A DNA stretch of 64,000 bases from Candidatus Daviesbacteria bacterium (GCA_021731695.1 JAKFWZ010000080.1:34021-98020), one strand, 5' to 3'. Positions 1-9,873 are shown, counted from the stretch's first letter. A program made the numbers and translations. The notes: a model not told the origin generated them from the sequence alone.

Positions 1-120
1 TCCGGCTCTGTAAATTCTGCCTGTATCAATAAACTGGTAACCTATTTTTTGAGAGAAAAGGAATCCGACGGAAGATTTTCCGGAAGAAGTAGGACCATCA
101 ATGGTTATAACATTCGGCAC
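1..120 (-). CDS. cmk: cytidylate kinase, 5' part (runs off the window)
   Basis: Not in ORF track; hand translation from GTG at 120: VPNVITIDGPTSSGKSSVGFLFSQKIGYQFIDTGRIYRA (P-loop and DTG.YR motif). Confidence 0.9.
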   Translation of the reverse strand, partial: MPNVITIDGPTSSGKSSVGFLFSQKIGYQFIDTGRIYRAG

Positions 121-172
121 TAAAGAGAGATTATATTTGTTCTGGATTAATGTATCAAGTCGAATGATTTAA

Positions 173-655
173 TTAGGGATTTCTAAGTGTAACCCTTACT
201 TGATTTACTGGACCAGTACTATTTGTATGAAACACCCTACCCGCCCCTTTTACACCGCCAGCTCTTCTTCTTTCTCTTAAAACTGCTTCTTCAATAGAAT
301 CAACATTCCACCGGATCATTCTCGCTGAATTATTAAAAGAACTCCTTAAAACTGAATGCAAAACTCCCGATTTTATGTCTCCTGCTTCCATAACCCTCCT
401 CCTTACATCTTTAGCTAACTGCTCTCGCTCTAATGATCCTTCGGGGTCATTCACATTATAAAGATAAAAATCGTTATACCTTTTATCTCCCCAATGACCC
501 CGCGTAACTTCATCTGCTTTTTGAACTAATTCCAGTGCGCCCGTCCTTATCGCATCCTGAATAGGCGCATCTAATGTTTGAAATCTATTTATAGGTTGCG
601 TGGATTTTCCCACAACCCTTGTTAAATATTCTTCTCTATCAGCCTCATTTACCAT
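173..655 (-). CDS. hypothetical protein (orphan)
   Basis: 160-aa ORF; TATAAT 6 nt upstream of ATG. Confidence 0.65.
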   Translation of the reverse strand: MVNEADREEYLTRVVGKSTQPINRFQTLDAPIQDAIRTGALELVQKADEVTRGHWGDKRYNDFYLYNVNDPEGSLEREQLAKDVRRRVMEAGDIKSGVLHSVLRSSFNNSARMIRWNVDSIEEAVLRERRRAGGVKGAGRVFHTNSTGPVNQVRVTLRNP

Positions 656-685
656 AACCAGATTATACAGAAATTATTACTATTA

Positions 686-2107
686 TCAACTTTTTTCATA
701 ATACTTTTTTCCTTTTAATTTCTCCGGCAGAAAGTCTTCATCACCATACATTTGATATCCTTTTCCATAATCCAATTCCTTCATTAATTTCGTCGGCGCA
801 TTTCTCAAATTTAGGGGAATCGGTAGATGACCGTACTGCTTTACGTCCTCTAAGGCTTTAAAATATGCATCATAAGATCTGCGGTCCTTTTTAGCTGAGG
901 CCAAATAAACTACACCGTGGGCTAAATTAATCTGGCATTCAGGTAGCCCTATTGTTTCACAAGCTCTAAATACTTCATTTGCCACAACTAAAGCAGGCTG
1001 TGCCATTCCGATATCTTCTGAGGCAAAAATGACCATTCGTCTGGCAATAAACAAAGCATCTTCACCTGCATCAACCATCCTTGCAAGATAATACAAAGCC
1101 GCGTCAATATTAGAAGCCCGCATTGATTTTATAAACGCAGAAATTGTGTTGTAGTGGTCTTCACCCGCTTTATCATAAGAAAGTGCTTTTTTCTGAATCG
1201 CTTCCTCGATCAACTCTTTCGAGATAATACCCCTCATCCTAACCTTCTCCCTTAAGGGAGAAGGAACTAATGCACTCCCCTCTCTTTTGAGGGCTGAAGC
1301 AGTGAATCCTGCTTCAGCGGGTTCGACCCTTCGAGGGTCAGGGAGAGGTGGATGCGACTCAGGATTTAAGCCCTGTGCAGCTATCTCAAGCGTATTTAAA
1401 ATCATTCTGCCGTCGCCGTTTGATATCTGGATTAAAAGTTTTTTAGCATCTGGCATAATCTTCGCTTTTAATTCTTTAAGTCCTTTAACAATCATCAAAT
1501 TTAAATCTTCTTCGGTCAATTGCTCTAAAACAAAAACTCTTGATCTTGATAAAAGCGGATTTATAATTTCAAACGACGGGTTTTCTGTCGTGGCGCCAAT
1601 TAAAATTATTGTCCCGTTTTCTACGAAAGGCAAAAATGCATCCTGTTGAGCTTTATTAAATCTGTGAATTTCATCGATAAATATCACTACCTTGTCATCG
1701 CGTAGCGAGATCGCGGAGGCGTCATTACGAGCAAACAACGTTTGCGTAGTAATCTTAAAGATCGAAGGATCGCAAGCTTTGCTTATTTCACCAAGATCGC
1801 GACGTCTACTCGAAAGTCCAATGGACTTTCTCCCTCCTCGCGATGACTCAACTTGTTCAAATATCTTTTTTAACTCTGCAATTCCGGTCGTTACCGCAGA
1901 AAATTCCATAAATTCAGCTTCAATTTCACTCGCAATAATCCGCGCTAAAGTTGTTTTACCAACTCCGGGAGGTCCCCAAAAAATCATGGAAAAAATATTG
2001 CCGGATTTGATTGCTTTATAAAGTAATTTATCTTCGCCGATAATATGCTTTTGTCCAATAAATTCTGAAAGTTTTGAAGGTCTTAACCTGTCCGCCAGTG
2101 GATTCAT
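686..2107 (-). CDS. rarA: replication-associated recombination protein RarA/MgsA with two in-frame repeat inserts
   Basis: [49 protein letters not shown] motifs. Confidence 0.95.
   Translation of the reverse strand: MNPLADRLRPSKLSEFIGQKHIIGEDKLLYKAIKSGNIFSMIFWGPPGVGKTTLARIIASEIEAEFMEFSAVTTGIAELKKIFEQVESSRGGRKSIGLSSRRRDLGEISKACDPSIFKITTQTLFARNDASAISLRDDKVVIFIDEIHRFNKAQQDAFLPFVENGTIILIGATTENPSFEIINPLLSRSRVFVLEQLTEEDLNLMIVKGLKELKAKIMPDAKKLLIQISNGDGRMILNTLEIAAQGLNPESHPPLPDPRRVEPAEAGFTASALKREGSALVPSPLREKVRMRGIISKELIEEAIQKKALSYDKAGEDHYNTISAFIKSMRASNIDAALYYLARMVDAGEDALFIARRMVIFASEDIGMAQPALVVANEVFRACETIGLPECQINLAHGVVYLASAKKDRRSYDAYFKALEDVKQYGHLPIPLNLRNAPTKLMKELDYGKGYQMYGDEDFLPEKLKGKKYYEKS
1230..1350. 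repeat. composite CCCTC..GGGAG palindromic repeat inside rarA
   Basis: cccctcatcctaaccttctcccttaagggagaagg plus an inverted partner holding nested hairpins gctgaagcag..ctgcttcagc and gaccct-tcg-agggtc; encodes HPPLPDPRR...[12 protein letters not shown]. Confidence 0.8.
1694..1847. repeat. CGTC/RPE-like palindromic element, in frame in rarA
   Basis: 27-bp unit then gtcattacgag...ctcgcgatgac; adds about 51 aa. Confidence 0.9.
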
Positions 2108-2225
2108 AATAGTCTCCTAACCATAAGCCGCGAACTCCGTGCCATACGCAATCCAATATATCCGAAAATTAAACGAATATCAAGAAATTTGATTATGAAA
2201 TTAGGATGGATTACACTTCTTAAAT

Positions 2226-2594
2226 ATGGAAAATCCATTCGCAAAAATACTTGATGCACTTGAGCAAAAAGCAGCCAAATGCCAAAAGGTAAGGCGTGCT
2301 CGGAGGGCTAACAGAATATCTTACAAATTGTTTCTTCGTCAGATGACTGAAGTAGGCAGGGACAAACTTTTAATCAAACTAACTGATCCAGTTACAGACA
2401 TACAACATGCGAGGGAAGTAGCAAAAATAATGAGGGTTGATGATCCGTCCGGTATCATGCCTGAACTTAGATGGATGCAACACAACGGATTACTAGTCAT
2501 GCACGGTCCTGAAAATCCGCCTGACTTAGACAGTATTATTATACCAACAGTTCCTGCTTTGCATCTAAGAACACTGCTTCTGCATCAAAAATGA
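2226..2594 (+). CDS. hypothetical protein (orphan)
   Basis: 122-aa ORF abutting the cysS stop. Confidence 0.6.
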   Translation: MENPFAKILDALEQKAAKCQKVRRARRANRISYKLFLRQMTEVGRDKLLIKLTDPVTDIQHAREVAKIMRVDDPSGIMPELRWMQHNGLLVMHGPENPPDLDSIIIPTVPALHLRTLLLHQK

Positions 2595-3992
2595 TCAGGA
2601 AATTATCTTCACTTTAACTCCGTTAACAAAATCCTCTATTTCATACCCCATCTTCTTAATTTCTTTCCTTAATTCATCAGATTTTTCAAAATCTTTTTCT
2701 TCTCTCGCCTTTTCTCTTTGATTTAGCAGTTTTTGAACTTCCGCAGGTATCTCAATTTTTTTACCTACGTAATCAGAAAGTCCTAATCCCAAAACTTTAT
2801 CCATTTCTAAAATTGTTGCGGCTTTTTCGCCGGATGCAAAATCAGACTTCACCATTTCCCAAACAACAGCTAATGCTTTTGAAGTATTTAAATCCTCACC
2901 CAATGCATTAAGAAATTTCTCTGAAACATCCTTCGACACCTTCGACTCCTCCGACACATTCGAATTCCAATCCCTAACAATTTCTCTTAAATTATTTAGA
3001 GCAGTTTGACCGGCTTGCAAAGAATCCCAGGAAAAGTTTAGTTCTTCCCTATAATGAGCTGTTAAAAATAAATATCTTAGCGCTAGAGGATCAAACCCTT
3101 TAGCTCTTATATCATCAATAGTATAGAGATTTTTAAGAGATTTGCTCATTTTAACTTGATCAATTCTCAGGAAATTATGATGAACCCAATATCTGACAAA
3201 TTGCTCTCCGGTCGCTGCCTCTGATTGTGCTATCTCATTAGTATGATGGACAGGAATATGGTCTATTCCACCGGTGTGAATATCTAACGTATTGCCCAAA
3301 TACTCCATGCTCATAGCAGAACACTCTATATGCCAGCCGGGAAAACCTTCTCCCCACGGAGAATTCCATCTCATGACATGATCTTTGAAATGACCCACGG
3401 TAAAAAACCAAAGAGCAAAATCCGCAGGGTTTTTCTTTTTTGGATCAACTCTAACATCCTGTCTCACGCCAACAGTTTTTTCCTCTAATTTCTGACCTGT
3501 CAATTTTCCGTAGTTGGGAAATTTGGAAACATCAAAATAAATTGCCTGCTCTGTTTGATAAATAAAGCCTTTTTTTTCTAGAATTTGTATTAACTTGATC
3601 TGTTCTTTAATGTGATCTGTGGCTTTGACTAAATTATCAGGTGGATAAATATTTAAAGCTAAGGTAGATTTTATGAAATAATCAGTGAAATATTTGGCAA
3701 CTTCCCAAACCGATTCATTTCTTTCCTTAGCACCTTTTTCTAACTTATCATCTCCTTGATCTTCATCTGAAGTTAAATGCCCAACATCAGTTATGTTCAT
3801 CACATGTTTTACTTCATAACCATAAGCGACTAAAACTCTGACCAAAATATCATCGCTTGTATATTTTCTTAAATGACCAATATGGGTGTAGCCGTAAACA
3901 GTCGGTCCGCAGGTATACATTCCGACCTTCCTAGATTCCAGGGAAATAAATTCTTCAAGTTTACGGGATAAAGTGTTGTAAATCTTTAACAT
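2595..3992 (-). CDS. cysS: cysteine--tRNA ligase
   Basis: CGPTVY, HIGH, PGWHIECSAM, KMSKS. Confidence 0.98.
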   Translation of the reverse strand: MLKIYNTLSRKLEEFISLESRKVGMYTCGPTVYGYTHIGHLRKYTSDDILVRVLVAYGYEVKHVMNITDVGHLTSDEDQGDDKLEKGAKERNESVWEVAKYFTDYFIKSTLALNIYPPDNLVKATDHIKEQIKLIQILEKKGFIYQTEQAIYFDVSKFPNYGKLTGQKLEEKTVGVRQDVRVDPKKKNPADFALWFFTVGHFKDHVMRWNSPWGEGFPGWHIECSAMSMEYLGNTLDIHTGGIDHIPVHHTNEIAQSEAATGEQFVRYWVHHNFLRIDQVKMSKSLKNLYTIDDIRAKGFDPLALRYLFLTAHYREELNFSWDSLQAGQTALNNLREIVRDWNSNVSEESKVSKDVSEKFLNALGEDLNTSKALAVVWEMVKSDFASGEKAATILEMDKVLGLGLSDYVGKKIEIPAEVQKLLNQREKAREEKDFEKSDELRKEIKKMGYEIEDFVNGVKVKIIS

Positions 3993-4037
3993 GGGATGAT
4001 TTTAGTAAATGAGGATTACTTTTACCATATGGAAAAT

Positions 4038-4117
4038 CGTCATTGCGATATCATGAAATGAAGAAGCAATCTCAGTACACTCTGGGATTGCCGCGTCGCA
4101 AGCTCCTCGCAATGACG
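4038..4117. repeat. CGTC/RPE-like palindromic element (intergenic)
   Basis: terminal inverted repeats cgtcattgcga...tcgcaatgacg, inner gcaatctcag/ctgggattgc. Confidence 0.9.
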
Positions 4118-4121
4118 CAAA

Positions 4122-4628
4122 CTAACCCCCAACTCCCAATTTTCTCTCTGCTTTTGTTTGCTCGGCTTTAATATGTTCTTCCTGAAAACTTTGCTCCTTA
4201 TCCTGCTTTTTCACTTGCTCTTCCTGCTTCTTTTGTTCTTCAACCTGAAGTGTTTCCTGTTTCTTTTGTTCTTCTTCGTGCTTCTTTTGCTTATATCTTT
4301 GCTCATCTTCAGCCATTTGATTTAGGAATTGTTTAACATTGGCTAATTTTTTCTGATCTTCTGCTTTACTCTTTGCTTCATTCATTTGCTGCTGCTGATT
4401 TTGTGCAGGGTCAGAAGACGCGGTAAAAGCCTGAGCTGCAGTTTCTAATATATTCCCCATTTCATCTTTTAGATTAAAAGTTTCCTGAGGTTTTTGCGCA
4501 GGCTGTTGAGGTTGTGCCTGAGCTTGCGGATCCAGTGTTTGTTGAGGCTGTTGAATTGGTTGATTTGTCTCAACATCTTCAAATTCATTGGACTCTTCTG
4601 TTGTTGGTGATTTTGTAGTATCAAACAT
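4122..4628 (-). CDS. Gln/Glu/Lys-rich hypothetical protein
   Basis: 168-aa low-complexity ORF, coiled-coil-like C-terminus. Confidence 0.75.
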   Translation of the reverse strand: MFDTTKSPTTEESNEFEDVETNQPIQQPQQTLDPQAQAQPQQPAQKPQETFNLKDEMGNILETAAQAFTASSDPAQNQQQQMNEAKSKAEDQKKLANVKQFLNQMAEDEQRYKQKKHEEEQKKQETLQVEEQKKQEEQVKKQDKEQSFQEEHIKAEQTKAERKLGVGG

Positions 4629-4634
4629 AATATG

Positions 4635-4857
4635 AATAAACCAATAAACAAATATAACAAATGAAGCACCACGGGCTTACGCCCGTGGTTTCTTCTAGCT
4701 TCAAGCGGCTAAGGTCGCTTGTCCTCACACTACGTGTTCGGAAAATCTTCATCCGCGAGCTAATGCTCGTGGTTTTAAGATTTGTCGCTATAAACCAATT
4801 CCCAATGTTTTTTAATTGGAAATTTGAAATTGGCTTTATTGGTTTATTGGCTTTATT
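4635..4857. repeat. AATAAACC/GGTTTATT inverted-array element interrupted by the 129-bp PATE
   Basis: same arms as copies at 12131, 34624, 39884, 60230. Confidence 0.8.
4661..4789 (-). mobile_element. 129-bp non-autonomous IS200/IS605-type element (PATE), copy 1
   Basis: identical to 46762-46890; related hairpins near both ends; inserted 3' of TTTAT; ends TTCAT; no target duplication needed to rebuild the empty site. Confidence 0.85.
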
Positions 4858-4861
4858 TTAA

Positions 4862-5458
4862 TCAGTATTCCTTTCGTCCTTCTAGGGCTCTTCTGAGCGT
4901 TGTCTCATCAGCATACTCCAAATCTCCTCCTACAGGAAGCCCGCGGGCAATTCTTGTGACCTTAATTCCAAGAGGCTTTATCAGCCTTTCAATATACATC
5001 GCCGTCGCTTCCCCTTCCATTGTCGGATTTGTGGCTACGATTATTTCAATAACTTCTTCTGATTTTAAACGGGGTAAAAGTTGTTTAATATAGAGCTCTT
5101 CCGGACCGATATTATCTAAAGGAGAAATTACGCCATGCAAGACATGATAAAGTCCTTTAAAATTTGCCCGTTCCATAGCGAGGACATCTAAGGGATCTTC
5201 AACAATCGCAATTAAAGTCCTGTCCCGACTGCCGTCTTGGTCAATTTCACAGGGATCAGTTTCTGAAATATTAAAACAAGTCTGACAAAGAACAGTTTTT
5301 TCCTTTAAAGCAATAGCAGCAGTTGCAAGCATTTCAGCTTCTTCTTTTGGTGCGTGAAGTAAATGATAAGTTAATCGTTGTGCAGATTTGGGACCAATGC
5401 CGGGGAGCCTTTCAAAAGCCTCAATTAAATCTCGAACAACTCGAGGTATAGTAGCCAT
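4862..5458 (-). CDS. recR: recombination protein RecR
   Basis: LPGIGPKSAQRL, YHVLHG, ATNPTMEGEATA, GGDLEYAD. Confidence 0.98.
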   Translation of the reverse strand: MATIPRVVRDLIEAFERLPGIGPKSAQRLTYHLLHAPKEEAEMLATAAIALKEKTVLCQTCFNISETDPCEIDQDGSRDRTLIAIVEDPLDVLAMERANFKGLYHVLHGVISPLDNIGPEELYIKQLLPRLKSEEVIEIIVATNPTMEGEATAMYIERLIKPLGIKVTRIARGLPVGGDLEYADETTLRRALEGRKEY

Positions 5459-5509
5459 AACAAAATGTATTATGTATCAGGTATTATGTATTATGCAATC
5501 ATGCTACCA

Positions 5510-5938
5510 CGATTAAAGATTAATGATTTATGATTAAAGAATGAAGAACGGCAAGATCGAAACTTTTACAGATTTGAATGTCTGGAGAGAGGGGCATAAA
5601 TTAGTAATCATGATTTATGCAATTACAAAAGGATTTCCCAGAGAAGAAGTTTATTCGTTAGTAGATCAGATGCGTAGAGCAGCAGCTTCAATTACTGCAA
5701 ATATAGCAGAGGGTTTCGGGAGACAAGGCTATAAAGAAAAAGTTCAGTTTTATTATCTGTCAAAAGGATCTTTAGCGGAATTAAAAAATTTCATTCTAAT
5801 CTCAAAGGATGTAGGGTATCTATCAGAAAAAGATTTTAATTTACTTGTAAGTCAAGCAAATTTGGTAGATCAAATCCTTTCGGGCTTTATCAGAAAAAGC
5901 AAAACATTCATTAATCGTTAATCTATAATCATTAATCG
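5510..5938. mobile_element. candidate element: four-helix-bundle gene within 34-bp inverted heptamer arms
   Basis: arms 5510-5543 and 5905-5938 built of NGATTAA units; sits antisense between ybaB and recR. Confidence 0.6.
5541..5921 (+). CDS. four helix bundle protein (23S rRNA IVP / Avd-like family)
   Basis: F.DL.VW, FP.EE.Y.L.DQMRRAA.SI.ANIAEG.GR, GSL.E signature. Confidence 0.93.
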   Translation: MKNGKIETFTDLNVWREGHKLVIMIYAITKGFPREEVYSLVDQMRRAAASITANIAEGFGRQGYKEKVQFYYLSKGSLAELKNFILISKDVGYLSEKDFNLLVSQANLVDQILSGFIRKSKTFINR

Positions 5939-5942
5939 ACGA

Positions 5943-6221
5943 TTACATTCCCGGCAAACCCATACCGCCCATTAACCCGCGCATTTCTTCAGCTGCAATT
6001 TTTTGAGATTGTTTCAATGCCTCATTAACTGCTTCAGTAACTTTTGAAGGCTCCATATCGCCATCGATTGAAACAACTTTTTGATCTGCTGTTAAAACAA
6101 CTGTCACACCTTTATGCTCAACTGTGATTTTTATTGCAGATAGTTTTTTCTGAACTTCCATGGCCTGATCTCTCATCTTTTTGAGATCGCCCATTTGTTT
6201 CATTGAATCCATGAATCCCAT
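5943..6221 (-). CDS. ybaB: YbaB/EbfC family nucleoid-associated protein
   Basis: size, sequence pattern and position next to recR. Confidence 0.85.
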   Translation of the reverse strand: MGFMDSMKQMGDLKKMRDQAMEVQKKLSAIKITVEHKGVTVVLTADQKVVSIDGDMEPSKVTEAVNEALKQSQKIAAEEMRGLMGGMGLPGM

Positions 6222-6280
6222 ATGAAAAGTATTATAAACAAATCATCCGCAAAAAGCGAGCCTGTTTCTGTTTTAAAACT

Positions 6281-6452
6281 GCGAGCTTAGAAACAAAGAC
6301 CGTAAAGATTTTGCGAAGGAGCTATCAGGGGAAAAGCGGACTCTGACGATTAGTCAGATGTCCGAAGGGGCAACCTCCCCGATTAGCGACTGAGAAAAAT
6401 TAGGCCGACTTTCCAGCGAGCAGAGTTTTGGTACTTTTGCGGTCAAAAGTAC
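6281..6452 (+). repeat. structured ~170-230 bp repeat, copy A
   Basis: homologous to 9988, 10201, 27355, 42476; ends gtacttttg-cggt-caaaagtac. Confidence 0.85.
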
Positions 6453-6493
6453 AAAGAAAGAATTTTGCCATCAAAAGTGGCTAAAAAATATAA

Positions 6494-6521
6494 CTGGATC
6501 CCAGATCAAGTCTGGGATGAC
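6494..6521. repeat. CGTC-family half element overlapping the purN stop
   Basis: ctggatcccagatcaagtctgggatgac. Confidence 0.8.
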
Positions 6522-7186
6522 AAAGTTATTGCCTCTGCTTTCACTTCATCCAATATCCCAAACTCTTCTTCTCTGATAACTCTCTCCGTTCTTTGAATCG
6601 GCACAAGCTCCCCAGATCTCTCAACCCCAGCCCAAAACTCTGCATTCACATTCCGCTCTATTTCTTTTGCTCTTTCTTGCAAACTTTCTGGTGTGTCATC
6701 TTTTAAAATATCAAATGGTTTGTATATGACTAAATCTCCTTTGTCAAACTCTGGCGAAACTAAATGAATACATATTTCACTATTGAATTCACGGTTTACT
6801 CTTTTAGAAAAATTGAGCACTGCAACATGAACCGCTAGACCTTTCATCCCTTTGCCCCCAAAGTCTGGATGACCGGGATCCAGAGGAGCAGAATGACTAT
6901 TCGTCATTTTGCCTTGATATTTATTCACAACATTTAAAGGAGTCAACAATTCCCAGCCATTATGAGAAATAAAGTCAACCTTATATTTATTAAAGATTGT
7001 AAGTAGCTCCTCACCAAATGCTTCAGATTCCTTACCCTGCCGCAGAACAATTTCGACCGGTACTCCTGCATTTTTTGCTCTTTGAATTATTCCTGCCTGA
7101 GGATTATTCGTTACAACAACCGCCGCATATTTAAACAGAACTTCTGCAGTTGTTCCCTGACCTGATGCTAAAATTGCTAATTTCAT
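6506..7186 (-). CDS. purN: phosphoribosylglycinamide formyltransferase family protein
   Basis: KLAILASGQGT, NSHSA, FGGKGM.G..VH, HLV...D.G. Confidence 0.8.
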   Translation of the reverse strand: MKLAILASGQGTTAEVLFKYAAVVVTNNPQAGIIQRAKNAGVPVEIVLRQGKESEAFGEELLTIFNKYKVDFISHNGWELLTPLNVVNKYQGKMTNSHSAPLDPGHPDFGGKGMKGLAVHVAVLNFSKRVNREFNSEICIHLVSPEFDKGDLVIYKPFDILKDDTPESLQERAKEIERNVNAEFWAGVERSGELVPIQRTERVIREEEFGILDEVKAEAITLSSQT

Positions 7187-7190
7187 ATGA

Positions 7191-7271
7191 CGTCATTCCC
7201 GCGGAGGCGGGAATCCAATAAATAATACTTGGTCGGAATAATCAAGATTGCGACGCTTCGCTCGCAATGAC
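7191..7271. repeat. CGTC-family element with ATTCCC-N8-GGGAAT arm
   Basis: cgtcattcccgcggaggcgggaatcca...gattgcgacgcttcgctcgcaatgac. Confidence 0.85.
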
Positions 7272-7300
7272 ATGCTTTAGCAATAAAACAATTTAGCAAT

Positions 7301-8224
7301 TTAACCATTTTTTGACGCCTCCAGTATATTTTCCATCAAAGAATAAATAGTCATTGGTCCGACTCCGCCGAATTTAGGGGTATACATTTTAGCTTTTTCA
7401 TAAGTACTGGGGTCAAAATCCCCTAGGCCTACATCTATTAATATTGCACCCTCTTTTATCATTTCGGAATTAACCAGACTCTGAACTCCGGTGCAGGAAA
7501 TAACCACATCTGCTTCCTGCAAATCATCAAAATTGCAGTCAGGATTTCTTTTATCGAGGCGCAGGATTTTATGGGCATTTTTCATACTTAATTGCTCAAC
7601 TAAAGGTTTTCCCACTTCGCCTTCTGAACCGACAACCCCAAAAACTGTTTCTTTATACCAATTTTCGTCATCGCGAAGCGAGATCGCGGAGGCGTCATCG
7701 CGAAGCGAGATCGCGGAGGCGTCATCGCGAGGTGCTTTCTCCGAAGCAATCTCAGAGCTTACGGGGATTGCTTCTTCACTTCGTGATATCGCAATGACTT
7801 CTTCCAGAATCTTCATAACACCCAAAACAGTCGCTGAGACAAATGGGCTGTCTTCTTTCATTCCGTCAATATCTTTTTTCGAATCAATTAAATTAATCAA
7901 ATCCCATTTTGTTTTATCTTTCAAAAAGTCTCTGCTCAGAGGAAGTTGAATCATTATCCCCTTAACCTCGTCGGTTTCGTTTAAACTCCGAATCTTTTTA
8001 GCAACATTTTCAAAGGAAGTATTAACAGAAAATTTCATAGGCAAAAAGTCGATGTAAAATTCATCGGCTTTTTTCTGCTTCATTTGGGTATATAAAAGAG
8101 AATTGGGATCACTGCCGATTAAAATGCTCACTACAAGAGGCCGTTCCTTTAAGGCACCTAATTTAGTTTTTAATTTGTCACCCAGCCTATCAGCTAAAGC
8201 TTTTCCGTCAATAATTTGAGACAT
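7301..8224 (-). CDS. folD: methylenetetrahydrofolate dehydrogenase/cyclohydrolase with in-frame repeat insert
   Basis: IIDGK, GIMIQLPL, KDIDG, VGKP, TPKFGGVGPMT. Confidence 0.93.
   Translation of the reverse strand: MSQIIDGKALADRLGDKLKTKLGALKERPLVVSILIGSDPNSLLYTQMKQKKADEFYIDFLPMKFSVNTSFENVAKKIRSLNETDEVKGIMIQLPLSRDFLKDKTKWDLINLIDSKKDIDGMKEDSPFVSATVLGVMKILEEVIAISRSEEAIPVSSEIASEKAPRDDASAISLRDDASAISLRDDENWYKETVFGVVGSEGEVGKPLVEQLSMKNAHKILRLDKRNPDCNFDDLQEADVVISCTGVQSLVNSEMIKEGAILIDVGLGDFDPSTYEKAKMYTPKFGGVGPMTIYSLMENILEASKNG
7666..7798. repeat. CGTC/RPE-like element with two tandem 27-bp units, in frame in folD
   Basis: cgtcatcgcgaagcgagatcgcggagg x2 then core element; encodes VIAISRSEEAIPVSSEIASEKAPRD(DASAISLRD)x2. 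Confidence 0.92.
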
Positions 8225-8278
8225 TACTATTAGTATATCTTATTGACACAGGAAAATTAAGCCTTATAATATTATATT

Positions 8279-8551
8279 ATGTCAAAAGAAAGCCCTGAGG
8301 GGAATAAAATCGTTAAGAGAATGGTTTCAAGCGGTCTTGCGATTTTCTTATTAACTCTTGCAACCTATACAGTGGATTCCGAAGTGAATTACAGGGAGAA
8401 TCCTAATGCAGGCTTTGCTAAAGGTGACAGATTAACAGGTCACCCCCAGTCTTATTTATTCGGATTATATGGAGGTTTGGGACTTGCAACTCTTGGTGTT
8501 GCAGCAGGAATTGCTGAATCAAGAAGAAGAATTGTTAGGGCTGCCGGTTAG
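8279..8551 (+). CDS. small hypothetical membrane protein
   Basis: two hydrophobic segments; TTGACA..TATAAT directly upstream. Confidence 0.65.
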   Translation: MSKESPEGNKIVKRMVSSGLAIFLLTLATYTVDSEVNYRENPNAGFAKGDRLTGHPQSYLFGLYGGLGLATLGVAAGIAESRRRIVRAAG

Positions 8552-9873
8552 TCTATCCCGGGAACCGGGAACTTCTCTGTAAATTTCGCAATTTCCTTTT
8601 TAATTCTCAAAAGTTTTTTATTTCCGGCAATTTCCTTTTTAAAATTCCTAATATATTCAGCTCTTTGCTCTTTTTCTTTTGGAGTATCATGTCCTCTAAT
8701 CTCTTCCAAAGCCTCTTTAATCCAGGCTGCAATTTGCACCATTTCTTTTTCTTTCATTCCTCTTGTAGTCAGCGCCGGAGTACCGAGCCTTATTCCTGAA
8801 GGATAAAAAGGTGAAACCGGCTCGTTTGGAATGCTGTTTTTATTAACAGTAATTCCTGCAGTCTCAAGCGCGTACTGCCCCTGATAACCCATTCCGTAGC
8901 CATAATCTGTAAGACTCAAAAGTACAAGGTGAGTTTCGGAAATCGTTCCTAATTCTTTTGCCAGAACCGCAGCATTCTTTGCAATTTGTTCACCGTATTT
9001 CTTAAACGATGGCTTTAGCGCTTCCTCCAAACAAACTGCAATCGCAGCTGTTGTATGGTTATGAGGACCACCCTGCGCGCCCGGAATTAACGCCCTTTCG
9101 AGTTTGGTTTTAAGTTCAGGATCTTTTTTCATTCCGCGATCCGTAACCATAATCATCGCGCCTCTTGGACCTCTTAGCGTTTTATGCGTCGTAGTCATAA
9201 TAATGTCAACATATGGAACAGGTGATTCGTGTGCGCCGGCAATAATTAAACCGGTTATATGCGAACAATCTGCAACTAAAACTGCTCCGACTTTATCAGC
9301 AATTTTTCTGAATTTTTTATAATCAAGCTTAAAAGGGTATGCAGTTGTTCCGGCCCAAATTAACTTTGGCTTATGTTTAATCGCTAATTTTTCAAGTGCA
9401 TCAAAATCAATCTTCCAGTCCTTTCCAACCTCATAGTTCACGGCCTTATAAAAAATGCTTGAAAAACTTAAGTTCGCACCATGGGTTAAGTGGCCTCCAG
9501 ATGCAAGCGAAAGCCCCATAACCACATCTTTTGGTTCGCAAACTGCCATAGTGATGATTAAATTAGCCGGAGAACCTGAATATGGCTGAACAATTGCCGC
9601 GGGAACACTAAATAACTTCTTTGCTAAATCAATCGCATAATTTTCAATTTCATCAATAACCTCATTTCCGCCGTAATATCTTCTTCCCGGGAATCCTTCA
9701 GAATATTTATTAGTTAGAATTGAGCCTAAAGCCTGTAAGACTTCCGCTGAAACATAATTTTCAGAAGGTATCATTTCCAAGCCTTCTTTCTGACGGATTT
9801 CTTCTTTTTTGATAAGCGAATAGATCTTTGGGGAATTTTTCTTTAAAGCCGAATAGTTTATCGGGTTAGCCAT
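8548..9873 (-). CDS. glyA: serine hydroxymethyltransferase
   Basis: SENY, NKYSEG.PGRRYYGG, GGHLTHG, TTTHKTLRGPRG. Confidence 0.98.
   Translation of the reverse strand: MANPINYSALKKNSPKIYSLIKKEEIRQKEGLEMIPSENYVSAEVLQALGSILTNKYSEGFPGRRYYGGNEVIDEIENYAIDLAKKLFSVPAAIVQPYSGSPANLIITMAVCEPKDVVMGLSLASGGHLTHGANLSFSSIFYKAVNYEVGKDWKIDFDALEKLAIKHKPKLIWAGTTAYPFKLDYKKFRKIADKVGAVLVADCSHITGLIIAGAHESPVPYVDIIMTTTHKTLRGPRGAMIMVTDRGMKKDPELKTKLERALIPGAQGGPHNHTTAAIAVCLEEALKPSFKKYGEQIAKNAAVLAKELGTISETHLVLLSLTDYGYGMGYQGQYALETAGITVNKNSIPNEPVSPFYPSGIRLGTPALTTRGMKEKEMVQIAAWIKEALEEIRGHDTPKEKEQRAEYIRNFKKEIAGNKKLLRIKKEIAKFTEKFPVPGID

Noticed and set aside
4122-4628. Gln-rich repeats as part of the repeat system
   Set aside because: Codon-level low complexity without inverted arms or copies elsewhere
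4661-4861. ORFs 4661..4861 and 46720..46914 as proteins or transposase
   Set aside because: Chance frames through the 129-bp non-coding element; no HUH motif
5541-5921. Diversity-generating retroelement (Avd-like gene)
   Set aside because: No reverse transcriptase and no template/variable repeat pair with adenine-specific mismatches seen in the window
5541-5921. 23S rRNA intervening sequence
   Set aside because: No rRNA sequence flanks the gene
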